Numbered from the stretch's first letter, positions 47,426-57,132 are shown. The stretch is 64,000 nt of DNA from Patescibacteria group bacterium (GCA_049325535.1 JBMOKY010000001.1:621942-685941), one strand, 5' to 3'. Notes: a model not told the origin generated them from the letters alone. Program-made: numbers and translations.

Positions 47426-47923
47426 TTATTCCACCGCCGCCAAATTAAAATTTTTACCGCTCTGTTGTTCATTTTCACCGAGACCAGGTGGATCGGCAAT
47501 CTGATTGCGATAATTCGTATGCCAAATCCATACCCCCATCACTACTACTAATATGCCAAAGCCAAATAAGAATAATTTCATGTCGCTACGTTTACTACGT
47601 TTGGGTATTAATCGAAAGATACTGTAAGCTAGCGCAACATACAGTAACCAGTTACTCAGCAAATTACGAACAATTAATTTACCTCCACCCGGGGCTTCTG
47701 GCCAGACACAATCTGCAAAAACTGTGCCTCCAGGCTGATCGGGCAATACCGAAGTGTAATTATACTGTGGTCGTGCGTACTGGACGGGTAACGGGAATCC
47801 ATAGACATTATTCTCACAGTACCCATACATCTGGCTTGAAGCTATTGTAATTTCCATGGTGACCAGGGTGACTCCCAGTCCGACGAATACCGCGAGTGGA
47901 ACCAACCACCATCGTATGTACAT
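47426..47923 (-). CDS. Hypothetical membrane protein
   Basis: Three TM segments, YGFPLP motif, AT-rich surroundings. Confidence 0.65.
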   Translation of the reverse strand: MYIRWWLVPLAVFVGLGVTLVTMEITIASSQMYGYCENNVYGFPLPVQYARPQYNYTSVLPDQPGGTVFADCVWPEAPGGGKLIVRNLLSNWLLYVALAYSIFRLIPKRSKRSDMKLFLFGFGILVVVMGVWIWHTNYRNQIADPPGLGENEQQSGKNFNLAAVE

Positions 47924-48215
47924 ACGTGTTATTCAAATTATTTCAGATACCGGCGTTCAGAGCTACTTGAAACAATATGATACTTATCATGGTATCATCC
48001 GCTTTCCATTCAAACAAGATATCTCTGTTCATTTAAAAATAGTAATAAATTCTAGAGAAAATCTAATGAAGAAAATTTTAAAACACTAGAAAAAACCTAA
48101 TATCAAAGATAGCAGGCTGGATCAAGCGCATCCGTAAATGTAACATAGTCAAATAAAAAAACCTGTAGACACACAATGAGTGCCAACAGGTTACACTGGA
48201 AACGGCGTGCTGATA

Positions 48216-48404
48216 TCAGCGCAGCCGTGGTTTGGCCGACATGCCCGGACGAAGTCCGGGGATTCGTATGGATGTGCACGTGTGTACAATGGTGGCGCCG
48301 CAGTGGGCGCCACATAAGCGACAGATGCCATCGGCATCAATAGGTTCGGTGCGAATAGCATTGCGTTTTGTGCCCCTGCGATCATAACTGCGGTCACCTG
48401 ACAT
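48216..48404 (-). CDS. 62-aa basic protein with CxxC-x3-C-x5-HxC (SD-led stand-alone unit)
   Basis: SD AAGGAGG, TTGACA-17-TAGTAT promoter, terminator near 48156-48192. Confidence 0.6.
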   Translation of the reverse strand: MSGDRSYDRRGTKRNAIRTEPIDADGICRLCGAHCGATIVHTCTSIRIPGLRPGMSAKPRLR

Positions 48405-48625
48405 GCTGCCTCCTTGGCCGGGATTGTGATGAACTTATACCACTACACATGGTTGATCATGAACCATCGAAGGTATAGTCGTGTACATACTACACTATAC
48501 TAAAACTATTGTCAATAGTGATTATCAATAACTCACTCCCCGGCTACGCCATACGCCATAAAAAACCAACACTGGCGCTTCGGGCGAAGCACCAGTGTGG
48601 GAAAGGGTTGTATGGGGTACTTTTT

Positions 48626-49168
48626 TTATTCCACCGATGATGTCTGGGGTGGACGTCCATGCATGCTCATACCTGCATGGCCCGTATGTTGCTGGATATG
48701 TTCTAGGCGCTCATCCATCTCATCCTGGGTGATAGTACCATTGTCTACCATTTCCTGTAGATGAGTTTTGGCCTCAAGTGTTCTCTGCTCTCGCATCTGC
48801 TCCTGAAGGGCAGTATGGCTGATACCTTTTTCATCGAGCAGCTGGGCAAATGTTTTATCCTTGAGCTGCTGAGTCAGTTCATCGGTGCTGATACCCAGCA
48901 CGTCTGCCTGATGCTCGAGCCGCTGCTGTGAACGAAGGGTGTCGAGCTCCTGATGGCTGACCCCATGACTGTCGAGGAAAGACGCCATGCCATCCTGAGC
49001 GATTTCCTGCTCCGCTTCACTGACGCTGACATTTGCGAATTCCGCCAGTTGTTCAGTTGGCGCTCCTGGGCCGAAACCTCCGCCGATTCCACGCGCCGCA
49101 GCGACGGTGCCGCCGACGAGGAGAAAGGCGGAGAGGCCAAGGATTGCGCCGAGTGCGTACTTGTTCAT
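48626..49168 (-). CDS. Secreted helical-repeat protein
   Basis: Signal peptide; LGISTDEL...KTFAQL..EKGI; VDNGTITQDE; last gene of the ECF operon. Confidence 0.7.
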   Translation of the reverse strand: MNKYALGAILGLSAFLLVGGTVAAARGIGGGFGPGAPTEQLAEFANVSVSEAEQEIAQDGMASFLDSHGVSHQELDTLRSQQRLEHQADVLGISTDELTQQLKDKTFAQLLDEKGISHTALQEQMREQRTLEAKTHLQEMVDNGTITQDEMDERLEHIQQHTGHAGMSMHGRPPQTSSVE

Positions 49169-49244
49169 GCGCATTCGGTGATTAATAATTAGGGGTGATG
49201 ATCGATCTGTCGACCTGCACCCCTTACTACGCCGACGTGATGAA

Positions 49245-50021
49245 TTATTTTTCAAACCGGTAAAATATCTCCATGCGTTCGTGATGCGGGATCACTCCCT
49301 GGCTAATGCCAGGGCCGATATACAGCGGCAGTACCTGGCTCGCCACGAAAATATCTGATTGCGAACCCTGGATATGCCCAATCACGCGCACAAAATCACC
49401 AACATTCGGATCAAACCGCCGTGGCATACTGAAATCCTGCGCCGGCTGAATAATCCAGGAATTGCCGTCAAACGACATCAGCTGAAACATCCCGACCCCG
49501 CTCAGCATGGTCGTCACCTGCCCGGCGAGCAACCCTTGCTGTGGCTGCATCCAGATGAGGATGCGATCGTCAGGGCCACGGAACAGAAATGGCGCCCGTT
49601 CCGCAAGCAACCGGTCAATTTTCGGCCCCAGTCCAAATCCATATAGCGCACCGCCAACGACCATGCTGAAAACGATACTGGCAGCCACCAGCCAATACGC
49701 GTGATATTTATAAGCGCCACGAGTATGCCGGACATTGTAGTACGCCAGGCCGATGAAGAGGATAAGTACGCCAATCCATATGTAGGGCAACGTGGTGACC
49801 ACGTGCGTAATCGGCGGTTTAGGCAGATACTCGAGCACTTCCCAGTCATTATTGACCACTTCAAACAGCATCACGCTGAATGACACACTCCCCAAGAGCG
49901 CGGCAAATCCAGCCGCCGTCCACACCAGTGACCGCTGCACCAGAAACTGCCAGCGCGGTTTAGGCACGATATGCTGTTCTTTGATGGTATGGAGTATTTT
50001 GTCGGTTAATTGCTCGTTCAT
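49245..50021 (-). CDS. 3-TM membrane protein, putative anti-sigma
   Basis: ATGA overlap with the ECF sigma; PKPRWQF N-terminus. Confidence 0.65.
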   Translation of the reverse strand: MNEQLTDKILHTIKEQHIVPKPRWQFLVQRSLVWTAAGFAALLGSVSFSVMLFEVVNNDWEVLEYLPKPPITHVVTTLPYIWIGVLILFIGLAYYNVRHTRGAYKYHAYWLVAASIVFSMVVGGALYGFGLGPKIDRLLAERAPFLFRGPDDRILIWMQPQQGLLAGQVTTMLSGVGMFQLMSFDGNSWIIQPAQDFSMPRRFDPNVGDFVRVIGHIQGSQSDIFVASQVLPLYIGPGISQGVIPHHERMEIFYRFEK

Positions 50022-50596
50022 AGTTCGATATTCTCCTTCTCAATAATACTACGCAGCTGAGCCTTTGCCCGATGCATCAGGGTGCCGATCGTCCCCACTG
50101 GTTTTTGCATGATATCGGATATTTCCTGATAGTCTTTTTCTTCCACATACCGCAGTAATAGCACATCGGCGTATTTACGGTCGAGGCGCTGGATCAAACG
50201 CTGGACAGTAGCCGCGTCCAAGCGCTGGCTTACCTCCGTATGTACGTCACGCTCATCTTTGACCATTTCCAAAAATTGTTCCGCAGATTCTCCGCCGATG
50301 AGCTGTACCCGGGCCGTTCGTTTGCGGTGGTCGCTGATGGTTGCATTGCGTGTAATCCGGTATATCCACGAGGAAAATTTGAGAGCGGGGTCAAAATCCC
50401 GCAAATTACGGTACGCATTGATAAATACTTCCTGGAGTATGTCCTCGGCATCCTCCGCCGAAAGGCCGGAAAGCCGCCGAATGTACCGTAGGAGCGGCGC
50501 CTGATAGCGCTCCACCAAACACCCATACCACTCCTGATCCTGCAGGGTTCGCTGGACAATCTCTTCATCGGTTGTTTCGGCGCAATCCTTCAGCAT
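50018..50596 (-). CDS. ECF RNA polymerase sigma factor (SigW-like)
   Basis: AEDILQEVF, KFSSWIYRI, DYQEIS, GTIGTLMHRAK; TGAAAT-N17-CGTA upstream (50631-50657). Confidence 0.92.
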   Translation of the reverse strand: MLKDCAETTDEEIVQRTLQDQEWYGCLVERYQAPLLRYIRRLSGLSAEDAEDILQEVFINAYRNLRDFDPALKFSSWIYRITRNATISDHRKRTARVQLIGGESAEQFLEMVKDERDVHTEVSQRLDAATVQRLIQRLDRKYADVLLLRYVEEKDYQEISDIMQKPVGTIGTLMHRAKAQLRSIIEKENIEL

Positions 50597-50677
50597 GCAA
50601 AAAAACAAGATATTAGAGTATTGTATCTACTACGCCGCATCAGACGAAAAAATTTCACAATCAGAGCCACGGCCAAA

Positions 50678-51100
50678 CTAAAAATCATCAGGCTCCATCC
50701 AGCTATCCAACTGCGTCACCGGCAGTAATTGGGCTATGTGTACTGCCACTTTTCGGACAGTCCGATCCACGGTGCCGGTAGTCTGGATTACCCGGTCTTC
50801 ATTACCACTGCCCTGAATCGGTAAAATATCGCACGTACCCTGCCCTAGCTGGAGCGTCTCCCCGCCCGCGTATCCACTGTCCATCCGGAGTTGATTCAGC
50901 GCGTATTCAGCACAGGCATCAGCCAATCCGCGTGCTTCCGCCGATTGCTGACCGCTCAGGCTCGTCTGGGCGCTGCTGATACCGAAGGTCATCAGAGTGG
51001 ACGCCACAGCCAATCCCACCACGCTGATCACCAGTACGCTGATCAGTACGACGTATCCCCGCTGCCGGGATTGATGCTTAGCGAAGGCTGGCTGTGGCAT
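50678..51100 (-). CDS. PilX-like minor pilin
   Basis: RG|YVVLISVLV with no Glu5; A..LADACAEYAL; start uncertain. Confidence 0.75.
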   Translation of the reverse strand: MPQPAFAKHQSRQRGYVVLISVLVISVVGLAVASTLMTFGISSAQTSLSGQQSAEARGLADACAEYALNQLRMDSGYAGGETLQLGQGTCDILPIQGSGNEDRVIQTTGTVDRTVRKVAVHIAQLLPVTQLDSWMEPDDF

Positions 51101-51584
51101 AAAAAGTTTGTTCATATGAATACGCATATTGACCGCCGGCATTACGGCGTGATAGTTGCAGCACTATGCGCACGGCGCCTGGACTACCTGGGGTCGTTAC
51201 CGAAGTGACGCTGAAAGTGTCGACGGCGACCTGACGTGAAGTAAGCGCCACCGAAGATCCGGCTCCCTGAGTAATCATAAGCGTCCCATCGACAACTGAA
51301 AACGTAGTCGGACTGAGCGCGGCATCGGCGACATCAATGGTTAGGACCTGGCCAGTGCCGCTCGCCGGAGCCTGAAGCGTAGTCGCGGATCGAACAGCCT
51401 GAGTCATTACCCGGAGCACGTGTACCCCCTGCTGCTCCACTTCACTGATGCTCTCCGTACGGATCCGGGCGGTCAGTGTCATAAATAATAATGACGATAC
51501 ACCGGCTACCACAATCCCCGCGATGCCGATGTAGACGAGCAACTCGAGCAAGGTAAATCCGCGTGGTACAGCTGAGGATTTCAT
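51078..51584 (-). CDS. PilW-like minor pilin
   Basis: RG|FTLLELLVY prepilin motif. Confidence 0.85.
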   Translation of the reverse strand: MKSSAVPRGFTLLELLVYIGIAGIVVAGVSSLLFMTLTARIRTESISEVEQQGVHVLRVMTQAVRSATTLQAPASGTGQVLTIDVADAALSPTTFSVVDGTLMITQGAGSSVALTSRQVAVDTFSVTSVTTPGSPGAVRIVLQLSRRNAGGQYAYSYEQTFYATASLR

Positions 51585-52978
51585 TGGGGCATGATAATAA
51601 TGCACTCGTTACTATTTTGGGTACCGGCCAATACAGCGCGATCAAGCGTACTGCTGTATGCGACCCCGCGGAGCGGCCCGTTCACATCGAGGGTGGATAC
51701 CTCGACGATGTTTTCCAAATCAGAAATATCTGCCACCTTGAAGTCAGCCGACGTCTGCCCGGTAGCCAAAAAGACATATTGATTACCCGCCCCCAGCGCC
51801 ATGTCATACACCGCGCCGCTGGCATTATAGATACCCAGCGGTTTCGGTGTCAGGGGCGTGGCTATATCAATAGTCTCGACGGCATTCCCAGCCGTACCCA
51901 GCACTATCGTATTCCCAAAACCAGCCACACTAAGCCCATCAGCCGTACCTGAGGCGTTATAGCTGGCCACCTGCGTGATAACCGCCGGATTGGCTACATT
52001 AATAACCGTTAATTCTTGCGCGTTATTGGCTGAGGCAACATACGCATACGTACCCAAAACAATGACATCATTAGCCTGGCTTCCCAGATTCATCGAGTCC
52101 TGCAGATGCGGGCTGGCGGGTGTGCTCACGTCAATGGCAAAAAATTCGTCACTGGTACTGGACGCGCGTACTAGATACACAGTCGAACCGGCTACGGTTA
52201 CCCCGAGGGCGTTTGCCACGCCAGCGGCATTATAGCTTCGTACCGTTACCGGCGCCGATGGTGTGGAAATATCCACTATTTGCAATTCCGCGTTATTATC
52301 ACTGGAAGCGACGTATGCATACTGTCCTGCCAGTGTAATATCGTTTCCGCCGGTAGCTAGATTGAGGCTGCCGGCTACCTGCGGCGAAGTAGGATCGCTA
52401 ATATCAATAACCATAAAATTTGGCGTTCCACTTGGACGGACCATATACGCGTACGAGCCGCTGATCTGCACTTTTACTGCGTCTGCATTGCCAGCCAGAT
52501 TCAGTGATGCCTCCACCGTAGGATTCGTCCAGGAGGCCAGTGACTGAACCTGATGCCAATCGGTCAAATACGTCACCAGCGAAATGGTGCCCGTCCGCCC
52601 GCCGGACTGTGGCCACGTCACCCGGCTGGTGATTTCCCGAGTCTGCGCATCAAGCGAGCGTATGGTTATAGTACGAGTAAAATCATCAGTCCGGTCGCTA
52701 CTGCCAGCGAATTGCCAGTTATCACCCACCAACTGCAGTCCATACGTACCATCGGTGAATATGCCAAAATCAGCGTCGCGGATCGTGCGGGATGCTTCCA
52801 GACCTTCATCGGCCAATTGCACCGCCCGTTCTCGAGCGCCAGCCGTCAGTGCCGCATCCTGACTGGTGATATATGAGCCGACGAGGATAACGATGATAAT
52901 TGCGAAAATCCCGCCCGCGACGAGTATTTCGACCAGGGATATGCCAGACTGTGATTGTCGCGGGAGGTGGTGTGTCAT
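51581..52978 (-). CDS. PilV-like minor pilin fused to an LVIVD-repeat beta-propeller
   Basis: SG|ISLVEILV; about six repeats of G.YAYVA...L.(I/V)D(I/V)S.P..P. Confidence 0.85.
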   Translation of the reverse strand: MTHHLPRQSQSGISLVEILVAGGIFAIIIVILVGSYITSQDAALTAGARERAVQLADEGLEASRTIRDADFGIFTDGTYGLQLVGDNWQFAGSSDRTDDFTRTITIRSLDAQTREITSRVTWPQSGGRTGTISLVTYLTDWHQVQSLASWTNPTVEASLNLAGNADAVKVQISGSYAYMVRPSGTPNFMVIDISDPTSPQVAGSLNLATGGNDITLAGQYAYVASSDNNAELQIVDISTPSAPVTVRSYNAAGVANALGVTVAGSTVYLVRASSTSDEFFAIDVSTPASPHLQDSMNLGSQANDVIVLGTYAYVASANNAQELTVINVANPAVITQVASYNASGTADGLSVAGFGNTIVLGTAGNAVETIDIATPLTPKPLGIYNASGAVYDMALGAGNQYVFLATGQTSADFKVADISDLENIVEVSTLDVNGPLRGVAYSSTLDRAVLAGTQNSNECIIIMPQ

Positions 52979-52981
52979 GGG

Positions 52982-53440
52982 TTATTGGCTTACCATACCA
53001 TGGGAATTTATAGTCACAGTCAGAGTACGTTCGCGAGCGCTGAAAGAAATAATACCCGTACTGACCGGCAGGCCGCTCACTTTTGAAAACACCACTTCGG
53101 TCATTCCGCCCAATGTCAGCGCTGTATTGATAGCGGTAACCTCATCAAACTGAGCATCACGGTTGGCATATGACTCACCCTGGAATACGACGATGCTACC
53201 TGGACCGACACGCACCCCCCAGGTACTGTCGCCGGCGCTGGCCATAGCCAGCGACTGTGCCCGGCGAAGATTATGAACGGTGCTGAGCGCGGCTATATCT
53301 ACATCTGCGCGAACCTGAAATGACTGATACACCGGCGCCGCAAAACCGGCCAGCAAGCCGATGACCGTGACGGTCACCAGTACCTCCAATAAAGTAAACC
53401 CAGAAATCCGGCTGATAGTCTGTACTGCGAATTGATGCAT
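52982..53440 (-). CDS. FimT/FimU-like minor pilin
   Basis: SG|FTLLEVLV; LRRAQSLAM; start uncertain (53440 or 53497). Confidence 0.85.
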   Translation of the reverse strand: MHQFAVQTISRISGFTLLEVLVTVTVIGLLAGFAAPVYQSFQVRADVDIAALSTVHNLRRAQSLAMASAGDSTWGVRVGPGSIVVFQGESYANRDAQFDEVTAINTALTLGGMTEVVFSKVSGLPVSTGIISFSARERTLTVTINSHGMVSQ

Positions 53441-53567
53441 ACTGCTTGCAAAAAATACCCCCTTCGGTGTACCATTGCTGATGTCTACATGTGGCATATG
53501 GTGGCTATAGTATACCATATTTTACAGATTTCCGAGCAAAGTACATAAACCTCATCCTGGCATCCTC

Positions 53568-54017
53568 ATGAAGTCATCACTCCGAAATATTTTATTTGGA
53601 CTGATCGTCGGCGGTTTGCTGCTCGGCACTGCTGGGTATTTCCTGATTAAAAACACCGAAAAAGTCGTGACTGAACCCGCCCCATCGGCTCCCGGTGAAA
53701 CGGCGCAACCAGAACCCCTGCCCGTCTCCACTCCGCAGCCAGAACCGCCAACCGTATCATTAGTGTCCGCGCCGTATTTTTTTAGCCCGGTTCGTATCAC
53801 CATACCCGAGGGAACGACTGTCCGTTTTAATGTCACGAATTTCGGCAAACATACATTTACCTCCAGCCAGCTCGGCGTGCGCATTCCCCTGGAGCAGACC
53901 CACCAGTCATTTTCGCTCACTCCGACCAAAACCGGAGTTTTTGAATTTTACAGCACCGTCAATAATGACCGGGCACGTGGTATGGAAGGCGCGATCGTTG
54001 TCGTCCCAAATTCCTAG
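53568..54017 (+). CDS. Membrane-anchored cupredoxin-like protein
   Basis: TM, Pro linker, FSPVRITI..G..V, HTF, GMEG; the usual Cys ligand appears replaced (FYST). Confidence 0.75.
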   Translation: MKSSLRNILFGLIVGGLLLGTAGYFLIKNTEKVVTEPAPSAPGETAQPEPLPVSTPQPEPPTVSLVSAPYFFSPVRITIPEGTTVRFNVTNFGKHTFTSSQLGVRIPLEQTHQSFSLTPTKTGVFEFYSTVNNDRARGMEGAIVVVPNS

Positions 54018-54062
54018 CTACAAAAAAAGGCGCACCATCGTGATGCGCCCATGAGCAACTGA

Positions 54063-54353
54063 CTAATCAGATTCAGAATTTTTTTCGTTCGCCAGTTCAT
54101 CTGCTGCTGCAGAATCCCGTAGCTGTACGCGCTGAGCGTAACCAAGAGCGCCACCATTATTGATGTAATACATAATGAGTGCGTCTTTGCCGGCATCAGT
54201 GCTGAGGTCGGCGTCAATCCCTGTCGCCAGTCGGTAGAAGTTCCGGTTGTCATCGCCGAGAGCTTCAGTTATTTGAATCTGATTATATTCAGAAAGTGCT
54301 GTATCTTTGTGGTCGGCCGCTGAGGCTGGGTCTTTGTCCTGCGCGGTACACAT
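54063..54353 (-). CDS. 96-aa hypothetical protein (SD-led stand-alone unit)
   Basis: SD GGAGG, TATACT at 54395-54400, terminator at 54021-54050. Confidence 0.65.
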   Translation of the reverse strand: MCTAQDKDPASAADHKDTALSEYNQIQITEALGDDNRNFYRLATGIDADLSTDAGKDALIMYYINNGGALGYAQRVQLRDSAAADELANEKNSESD

Positions 54354-54538
54354 GTGTTGCCTCCATTTCGGATTCCGAAAAACCGCTTCACCGCAGTATA
54401 CACCAATGGGTAAAAAAAGAAAGACCCACAGTGTCACGTACTGCGGGTTTGCCGATCATTAGCGGTAGTCTCTAAAAGGTAAAAAGTCCTCACTGGAAAT
54501 AAGTGGGCAAAAACAGAAAGTCAGTCAGCATAAATCTA

Positions 54539-54922
54539 TTATGCCAAACCCAATTTTCGCTGCACCTCCCCGACGATACCGTCTAAATCATAGGACGTTT
54601 TGAGCAGGTAGTCGTTGGCTCCGTATTTTAGGGCGGTGGCCACCTTTTCTGGATCCGCATACCCAGTGAGTAGCATCACGTGCACAGTTTTGCCCCATTC
54701 ATCTGCGCGAAGTGCTTTGAGCATTTCCAGACCATCCATCTTCGGCATGACGATATCCAGTAATATAAGACGAGGATGCTGAGTGAGTGCCATTTCCAGG
54801 CCCATCTCACCGTCCATCGCTTCGATGACTGTGAATTGGGCTTCCCGCAGGGCTTCGGATACTGCGGTTCGTTTTACATCTTCGTCGTCAACTACCAAGA
54901 TGGCTGGTTTATTGTTCTTCAT
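54539..54922 (-). CDS. Single-domain response regulator
   Basis: LVVDDE, LLDIVMPKMDG, LTG, YLLK. Confidence 0.93.
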   Translation of the reverse strand: MKNNKPAILVVDDEDVKRTAVSEALREAQFTVIEAMDGEMGLEMALTQHPRLILLDIVMPKMDGLEMLKALRADEWGKTVHVMLLTGYADPEKVATALKYGANDYLLKTSYDLDGIVGEVQRKLGLA

Positions 54923-54928
54923 AGGTTT

Positions 54929-55306
54929 TTATGCTGATAAACGTTTTTTTATCTCTTCCACAAATGGGAGTAATTTGGTTTCGTTTTTTACCATCAATTC
55001 TGTTTTGGGATGTTTGAGCGCATCCTCAATCATTTGGTCACGCGAATAATTAGTCAGTATGAGCACGGGGACGGTATTGCCCCAGGAATCCTTACGCAAC
55101 CGCACATACACATCATGTCCGTGCATTTTTGGCATCAGCCAGTCGAGCACGATCAGATCGGGATGTTCGGCCAAGGCGAAATCAATTGCCGCCTGACCAT
55201 CGGGCATACCGACAGCGCGAAACCCTTCAGCGGTCAGTGCCTGCACCAGAGCAGTCCGGACCGCATCCTCATCCTCTGCTATGAGTATTTTCTTTTGTGT
55301 CACCAT
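54929..55306 (-). CDS. Single-domain response regulator
   Basis: LIAEDE, VLDWLMPKMHG, LTN. Confidence 0.93.
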   Translation of the reverse strand: MVTQKKILIAEDEDAVRTALVQALTAEGFRAVGMPDGQAAIDFALAEHPDLIVLDWLMPKMHGHDVYVRLRKDSWGNTVPVLILTNYSRDQMIEDALKHPKTELMVKNETKLLPFVEEIKKRLSA

Positions 55307-55345
55307 ATGCACGTATCTCCTTTCTAGCTTCAGAATAGCACAGTA

Positions 55346-57106
55346 TCACCGAATGGGAAGGGTGAAATAAAAAGTGGTTCCCACTCCCAGTTCTGACACG
55401 ACATACAGCGAACCGTGATGCGCCTCGACGATCCCTTTAGCGATGACCAGACCCAGCCCAGTTCCTTTTTTCTCCTTCTTTTCCGCCTGGGACTGAAACT
55501 GAGTAAACTTATTAAACAATTGCGGTAAATGTTCACGGGCAATGCCCTGCCCCGTATCGGTGACGGCAACAATAACTGCATCCGCACGCACTGCCGGCAT
55601 CGTGTGCGGATCCTTGACGAGCCAGTGTATGCCTGCCGCTTCCGCTTCGCTCTCCACCGCCGCGCCCGAGCTGTGCAGAAATGCCTGTATGATGACACTC
55701 CCTCCACGACCGGTGAATTTGAGGCCATTGGAGATGAGATTGTTCAGTACTTGAGTGATACGATTCGCATCAATCTGAATTTCTGTCGGCAGTTTCGAGT
55801 CCAATTCGGCCCGTAGCGCCAGCCCGGCAGCCGCCGCACTGGGAGCATAAAATGCCACTCGGTCTTTGATGAGACTGGCCAGGCTGGCCGGCGCCCGGTG
55901 GATTTCAAATTTGCCTGCCTCCAATTTTGCCGCGTCCAGCAGGTCATTGACCAGCGTCAACATATTCTCCGTGCTGGTACGAATCAGATCGGTGCGCTCC
56001 TTGAGTTGCTTTATGTCGATTTTACGCTTCTGTTTCTGCATCAACTGAGTCATCATGTAAATGCCATTCAGCGGCGAGCGCAGTTCGTGCACCATCATAG
56101 ACGTAAAATCTTCTCGAATTCGGTCAAGTTCCTTGTCATGAGTGATATCCCGAAAAATGACTGCGCCACCCAATACCTCGTCACTGGTTATACCGCCTGC
56201 GGCTATAACCGGGGCGACAAAAAGCTGGAAGTAGCGGTCACCAATCAAGACATCATCGGTCATATGTACTTTGTGCAATTTGACGCTTTCCTCGAGCTGG
56301 CCCCGTATGTCAAATTTCCCGCCGAGATGATCGATAAAATCAAATATGGTCACTTCTTTTTGCTCAGGTGGAATGCCGACGGCTTTTTTTGCCGCAGGAT
56401 TTACCACTACGATGCGGAAATCATTATCCACCATGACCACCCCTTCGGTCATACTCTCTACCATGGAATTGAGCTTCCGCTGTTCCGTCTGTATCACGTC
56501 CTGTAATCGAGTGACCGCCTGAGACGCCTGTTGGGTAAGTTTATACAAAATCGTCGTTTCTTCCTCGCCGTATCGGTCCTGCGCCGTATCAGCGATGGTG
56601 AGTACCCCAACCACTTTTTCACCGATGACCAGGGGGATATTGAAAAAAGATTGTACCGGAGTCTCCACCTCATCGACGAGGATTGCGCCAGTCATCACTT
56701 CCTCAACCTGAATATGATCAAAACTTTTGTCGAGCAGGGCGCTTAATGATTTGAGCATGCGGTCACGGATATCGCTGATGAATTGCCGTGTGACTGATTT
56801 TTCCAGGTCTACTTTAAAAATAATCTTATCCGGCTGAAGCAGCATATATGACACAGCGCTGTAATCCATAAACTGATGCAGCGATCCGGTAATGATATCT
56901 ATGATATTCTGGACATTCAGCGAATATCCGGTGCGCTCCTGCAACTCTTTCAGGATCGCCAGTTCATACATTCGCCGTTCCATTTTCTGCTCCCGATGCC
57001 GAAGGTCAACCAACTGCCGCCGGCTGCGCCAATACAAAAAAGCTCCTCCGCCCAGAGCCACGGCGGCCAAAACCAAGGTAAGGATATTTGAGCTCCCCAG
57101 TCCCAT
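55346..57106 (-). CDS. Sensor histidine kinase (TM-GAF-PAS-HisKA-HATPase)
   Basis: GAF NIPLVIGEKVVGVL, PAS VVVNPAA, HELRSPL, NLISNGLKFT, DTGQGI, GTGLGL. Confidence 0.94.
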   Translation of the reverse strand: MGLGSSNILTLVLAAVALGGGAFLYWRSRRQLVDLRHREQKMERRMYELAILKELQERTGYSLNVQNIIDIITGSLHQFMDYSAVSYMLLQPDKIIFKVDLEKSVTRQFISDIRDRMLKSLSALLDKSFDHIQVEEVMTGAILVDEVETPVQSFFNIPLVIGEKVVGVLTIADTAQDRYGEEETTILYKLTQQASQAVTRLQDVIQTEQRKLNSMVESMTEGVVMVDNDFRIVVVNPAAKKAVGIPPEQKEVTIFDFIDHLGGKFDIRGQLEESVKLHKVHMTDDVLIGDRYFQLFVAPVIAAGGITSDEVLGGAVIFRDITHDKELDRIREDFTSMMVHELRSPLNGIYMMTQLMQKQKRKIDIKQLKERTDLIRTSTENMLTLVNDLLDAAKLEAGKFEIHRAPASLASLIKDRVAFYAPSAAAAGLALRAELDSKLPTEIQIDANRITQVLNNLISNGLKFTGRGGSVIIQAFLHSSGAAVESEAEAAGIHWLVKDPHTMPAVRADAVIVAVTDTGQGIAREHLPQLFNKFTQFQSQAEKKEKKGTGLGLVIAKGIVEAHHGSLYVVSELGVGTTFYFTLPIR

Positions 57107-57132
57107 GTGCGGAAATATTGCCTATTGCTTGA

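Noticed and set aside
48552-48626. Long imperfect hairpin as a MITE or ncRNA
   Set aside because: Explained as the terminator of the ECF operon; no second copy in the window.
54420-54535. c-di-GMP or fluoride riboswitch (GGCAAAC and GCTAATGA fragments)
   Set aside because: Other conserved elements are absent; the hairpin plus T-run fits the terminator of the response-regulator operon.
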